IMG/VR virus record: IMGVR_UViG_3300005399_000003
Origin: a virus
Lineage: Duplodnaviria; Heunggongvirae; Uroviricota; Caudoviricetes
DNA: 26,245 nt
Direction: 5' to 3' (one strand)
Of this stretch, positions 23,155-26,245 are shown piece after piece. Made by a program: the position numbers and the translations under genes. Below the pieces are notes generated by a model. The model was given only the letters and a program-made list of their open reading frames with translations, did no database searches and was not told where the DNA came from. Positions within the stretch are counted from its first letter, which is position 1. Each line of letters opens with the position of its first letter.

Positions 23155-23402
23155 GCGATGGCAAGTTCAGCTGCCCCGACTGCGGCAGCGAAAACGCAGT
23201 CTCGAAGGCGACGGCATGGGATGCCCGCGCGGAAATCCCGCCCCAGGTCAAAGACAACCTTGAGCGTCTGGTGCACATCGAGGTGGTGGCCCGCATACTG
23301 ATTGACGACAGTCCGAAGACGCCCGATGAAGAGACGGTAACCGTCACAGTGCGCAAAGACCTTCTCGAAAAGCTGGCAGCAGCCATGGGAATGACGCTAT
23401 AA
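23151..23402 (+). CDS. Hypothetical protein with a single CxxC (83 aa)
   Basis: The start is placed at ATG 23151 behind GCGGGG (ATGA overlap). Begins SCPDCGS…ATAWDAR. Ends overlapping the integrase stop. Confidence 0.62.
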   Translation: MSDGKFSCPDCGSENAVSKATAWDARAEIPPQVKDNLERLVHIEVVARILIDDSPKTPDEETVTVTVRKDLLEKLAAAMGMTL

Positions 23403-24683
23403 AGCCACCCGCTCCAGCTGAGCCCTTCGGAAAGCCAAATCCCCACCCGAGCCATAACGCTCCCTGCCCAAGGCGTGACCTAGAAAGTCACGCCTTAGTC
23501 GTTCGTCGATACTGGCTTCGAGCATGCGGTCTTCGAAGCTATGGCGCAGACAGTAGAGCGAATGCTTCTCCGTCTCCATCAGATCATTCTCCCGCAGATA
23601 CTTGTTGATCGTCGCGCTTACGGTAGACGAGCGATCAAAGTACCGCGGGAAGCCCTGTGGGAACGCCCTCAGAGCGTCTAAGGACACGCCCGTGAGGGGT
23701 ATGACCCTTTCAGCGCTGGATGTCTTCACAGCCCGCTTAAATTCACCCTCTGAGCGCGCCTTAATCTCGATGAAGGGGACTTTCCCGCCCAAGTGAATGT
23801 CTTCCGCAATCAACGCACCCGCTTCGCTGGGTCGAACCCCTGTGTTGATCATCAGATGCACGACAGCCCGCGCTTCGGAGTTCAGGCCCGACAGGTGATT
23901 GCCCTTGATCAAGGTGCGCTTGATCCACTCCGTAGAGAAGGGCTTGCGCACGCCATCTTTCGCGCCTTTGAAGGCCCAGCCTGAAAGCGGCAGATCAAGA
24001 TCGAGGCGTTTCATCTGATTGACCCTGCGCAGCACGGTCCCGAGGTTCTTCATCTCCTTGTTCGCGGTGCCCGGAAGAATGTGCCCCTCCTGAATGCGCT
24101 GACCGTAGAACTCCCGCAGCTCCAGCATGTGATCTGCCGACATGTGTTGAAGCTCGATGTCGCCAGCGACCTCAATGAAGCCTTTGAAAGCGCGCTTGAA
24201 GTTGTTGTGGCGCACCCTGAGCTGATTGCGGGATCGGTTGTTATCCTCTTCTCGGGTGAGTTCAAAGAAGATCTCCAGGGCCTCGCTCATGCGAATGCCG
24301 GGCTTCTTGATGGCGCCGAGAAACGCCCGCGTGCGCCTTGGGTCCATCTCGCCTTCAGTGTTCAAGGTTTTGGTGAACCGCTCGTAGATGTCCTTCAGCG
24401 GAAGCTGAGCAACCTCATCAGCGTGAAGAAACTGCATCCCAGCCGCGGCCGCCAGCTCCTGCGCTGCCTCATAGCGCACCTTGGCAACATCCGTCTCTCC
24501 ACGCACCATCGCCTCCCACATGCCGATCTGCTGTTGCCAGACCTGGGCGGCTTTGATGTTGGCGACTTCGAGACTGTCCGTCTTGAGACTGATCTTGATT
24601 TCCCGACGCTCCTCGACCTCGGCATACCGCTTGGGCACCCGGCGACGGAGCATATAGGTTTTGTTGCGCATGAAGATTGGCAT
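23397..24683 (-). CDS. Tyrosine recombinase/integrase with an N-terminal DUF6538-like domain
   Basis: N-terminus RNKTYMLRRRVPKRY…EIKISLKTDS. Catalytic set: R (TGVRPSE), K (VKTSSAER), YCLRH, LGH and Y (ERYG). RBS GAGGGA. Adjacent to the tRNA 3' end. Confidence 0.93.
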   Translation of the reverse strand: MPIFMRNKTYMLRRRVPKRYAEVEERREIKISLKTDSLEVANIKAAQVWQQQIGMWEAMVRGETDVAKVRYEAAQELAAAAGMQFLHADEVAQLPLKDIYERFTKTLNTEGEMDPRRTRAFLGAIKKPGIRMSEALEIFFELTREEDNNRSRNQLRVRHNNFKRAFKGFIEVAGDIELQHMSADHMLELREFYGQRIQEGHILPGTANKEMKNLGTVLRRVNQMKRLDLDLPLSGWAFKGAKDGVRKPFSTEWIKRTLIKGNHLSGLNSEARAVVHLMINTGVRPSEAGALIAEDIHLGGKVPFIEIKARSEGEFKRAVKTSSAERVIPLTGVSLDALRAFPQGFPRYFDRSSTVSATINKYLRENDLMETEKHSLYCLRHSFEDRMLEASIDERLRRDFLGHALGRERYGSGGDLAFRRAQLERVAL

Positions 24684-24745
24684 TGATTCCCTCTCGATGG
24701 CAATTTGCCAGAGAAAGAACTGCCGGGGAACCCACGAGAAGATCG

Positions 24746-24788
24746 TGTGTACCTAATTGTGTACCAAAATGTGTACCAAATGGACACA
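24746..24788. repeat. Three direct TGTGTACC repeats at 12-bp period plus one degenerate inverted copy; probable integrase arm-type sites
   Basis: TGTGTACC at 24746, 24758 and 24770, and TGGACACA at 24781. Lies between the integrase start and the tRNA. Confidence 0.7.
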
Positions 24789-24868
24789 GGGTCCGAAGTG
24801 CAAAAGGCTGCTATGACCTGTTTATTAAGTCTTTTCAGTATCTTGCAGGAGAAGCAGACAAAGACATG

Positions 24869-24943
24869 TGGCAGCCCGTAGGGGAATCGAACCCCTCTTT
24901 CCAGGTTGAAAACCTGGCGTCCTAACCGATAGACGAACGGGCC
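24869..24943 (-). tRNA. tRNA-Glu (anticodon TTC), intact with encoded CCA; integration target
   Basis: Reverse complement GGCCCGTTCGTCTATCGGTTAGGACGCCAGGTTTTCAACCTGGAAAGAGGGGTTCGATTCCCCTACGGGCTGCCA. Anticodon stem CCAGG/CCTGG with loop TTTTCAA; T-loop GTTCGATTC. Confidence 0.98.
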
Positions 24944-24999
24944 ACTCTTTTGTCAGTCCAGTGCAGCGTTTGGTGTGTGCTGCTCTGTCTGTGAGCGGA

Positions 25000-25028
25000 C
25001 GTTTAAGTAATACTGCGGGGGGCTGCAA
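25000..25028 (-). promoter_or_regulatory. Probable host promoter of tRNA-Glu
   Basis: On the minus strand, TTGCAG-N17-TAAACG, preceded by an AT-rich tract. Confidence 0.4.
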
Positions 25029-25060
25029 GCGGAAAAATGAAGTTTCTTCAGAAAAAGTTT

Positions 25061-26245
25061 TCAGGCCCGCGCGGCGTCCTCCAAACGCAGTTGAACGGTG
25101 CGCCGACCGCGGAAATTGTTAATGTCGAGACGGCCCGCGAGGTGGAAACGCGCGCCGCCGTGGTTTTCCAGCGCGGGGCCGAGGGGGCCGTCGTAAGCGC
25201 CAAATGAAATCGCCTCGAGGTTCGCGCCCAGCCCGTCGCCGAAACTTACTTTGAGGTGGTTCTCGCCCACGCGTTTGGCAAAGCGGATTTGCATGTCCGC
25301 AAAGGCATAGCGCGGGGCAGGGGCGCCGGCGCCGAAGGGGCCGGCTTGGTCGACCATCTCGGCCAGCTCCACGGTGGCTGCGCCGGGCATCATCATGCCG
25401 CAGAGGTTGAGGTCGGCGGGGCCTGCCAAATGCGCGCCCTGTTTGGTGAGCAATTCGCCCAAGCGCGCCATCGCCGCGTCGATCTTGTCTTCCGCCACGG
25501 TCAGGCCTGCGGCCATCTTGTGCCCGCCGCCCTTGATCAGCAGCCCTTCGGCAGCCAGACGCTGAATCGGCGCGCCGAGGTCGATGCCGCTGATCGAGCG
25601 GCCTGAGCCTTTGCCGATGCCGTCTTCGACGCCGATAACGATAGAGGGGCGGTTGGCGGCTTCCTTCAGGCGTGAGGCGACGATGCCCACCACGCCGGGA
25701 TGCCAGCCGGGGCCAGCGGCCCATGCCAGCGGCCCGTCAAAGCCGCGCTCTTCGGCCTGTGCCATGGCGCTGGCGCGCACGGCGGCCTCAACCTCGCGGC
25801 GGTCGGTGTTGAGCTGGTCGAGGCGTTCGGCCAATGCGGCGGCCTCATGCGGGTCGGCGGTGGCCAAAAGCCGTGCGCCAAGGTCGGCTTGGCCAATGCG
25901 CCCGCCCGCGTTGATGCGGGGGCCAAGCAGAAAGCCCAAGTGATAGGCCGTGGGGGCCGTGTCCATCCGCGCCACATCCGACAGGGCGGCAAGGCCGGGC
26001 CGCGCGCGCCGAGCCATGACCTTGAGCCCCTGACGCACGAAGGCGCGGTTCACGCCTGTGAGCGGGGCCACATCGGCGACAGTGGCCAGCGCCACTAAGT
26101 CGAGCATCGCCATCAGGTCCGGCCCCTTGCGCCCCGCTTCGCGCAATTGTCGCCCCACTTCGACGAGCATCAAGAAAACGACCGCAGCGGCACAGAGATG
26201 TGCCAGCGTGCCATCTTCGTCCTGTCTGTTGGGGTTCACCACGGC
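25061..26245 (-). CDS. recJ: Single-stranded-DNA exonuclease RecJ (host gene, 5' part outside the window)
   Basis: VVNPNRQDE, LDLVALATVADVAPL, GFLLGPRINAGGR, WHPGVVGIVASRL, KGSGRS, GGHKMAAG, GPFGAGAP and VGENHLK motifs. Visibly higher GC than the phage region. Confidence 0.97.
   Translation of the reverse strand, partial: AVVNPNRQDEDGTLAHLCAAAVVFLMLVEVGRQLREAGRKGPDLMAMLDLVALATVADVAPLTGVNRAFVRQGLKVMARRARPGLAALSDVARMDTAPTAYHLGFLLGPRINAGGRIGQADLGARLLATADPHEAAALAERLDQLNTDRREVEAAVRASAMAQAEERGFDGPLAWAAGPGWHPGVVGIVASRLKEAANRPSIVIGVEDGIGKGSGRSISGIDLGAPIQRLAAEGLLIKGGGHKMAAGLTVAEDKIDAAMARLGELLTKQGAHLAGPADLNLCGMMMPGAATVELAEMVDQAGPFGAGAPAPRYAFADMQIRFAKRVGENHLKVSFGDGLGANLEAISFGAYDGPLGPALENHGGARFHLAGRLDINNFRGRRTVQLRLEDAARA

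Larger units (their letters stand above)
1..24868. mobile_element. Integrated prophage (one end only; continues beyond position 1), inserted at the 3' end of tRNA-Glu
   Basis: Contiguous phage genes (fibres, endolysin, spanins, helicase, primase, ligase) end in a tyrosine integrase 185 bp from the tRNA CCA end. Host recJ lies on the other side. The exact att core cannot be defined without the other junction. Confidence 0.93.

Noticed and set aside
22398-23402. Anti-CRISPR (acr-aca) locus
   Set aside because: The small ORFs lack an adjacent Aca-type HTH gene and resemble no Acr I can recognise, so the call is unsupported.
24746-24788. Short regularly spaced repeats considered as a CRISPR array
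   Set aside because: The 8-bp repeats have 4-bp spacers, far too short for CRISPR, and no cas genes are present. Integrase arm sites explain them better.

Overview
Bases 1 to about 24868 are one end of a large prophage. It is integrated at the 3' end of an intact tRNA-Glu(TTC) (24869-24943, minus strand) downstream of a host recJ. That arrangement and the high-GC recJ suggest a Rhodobacteraceae-like alphaproteobacterial host (inference). From left to right the phage part holds: (1) the C-terminus of a tail fibre; (2) a lysis cassette (single-TM holin candidate, amidase endolysin with a C-terminal membrane anchor, overlapping spanins) coupled to an HTH-metallophosphoesterase; (3) a separately promoted and terminated ~9.4 kb second fibre/appendage operon, with a 1218-aa repeat-and-knob fibre, a lower-GC four-gene cassette and an 831-aa acidic repeat protein; (4) a replication operon (PhoH, unknown protein, DnaB-like helicase with a 460-aa LAGLIDADG intein in the P-loop, primase, two unknowns, a PemK/MazF-like protein, ATP-dependent ligase), which from memory resembles SSU5/pHCM2-like phage-plasmids; (5) a small-gene cluster behind a twin-hairpin leader; (6) a convergent tyrosine integrase with arm-type repeats. 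The most notable non-coding signals are an 18-bp palindromic operator (TAAGTCA-N4-TGACTTA-like) found six times at promoters or start regions, and an ~80-nt two-hairpin RNA whose loops are anti-Shine-Dalgarno-like. No database searches or computations were run. Family assignments come from motif recognition, and functional proposals are labelled as inference.
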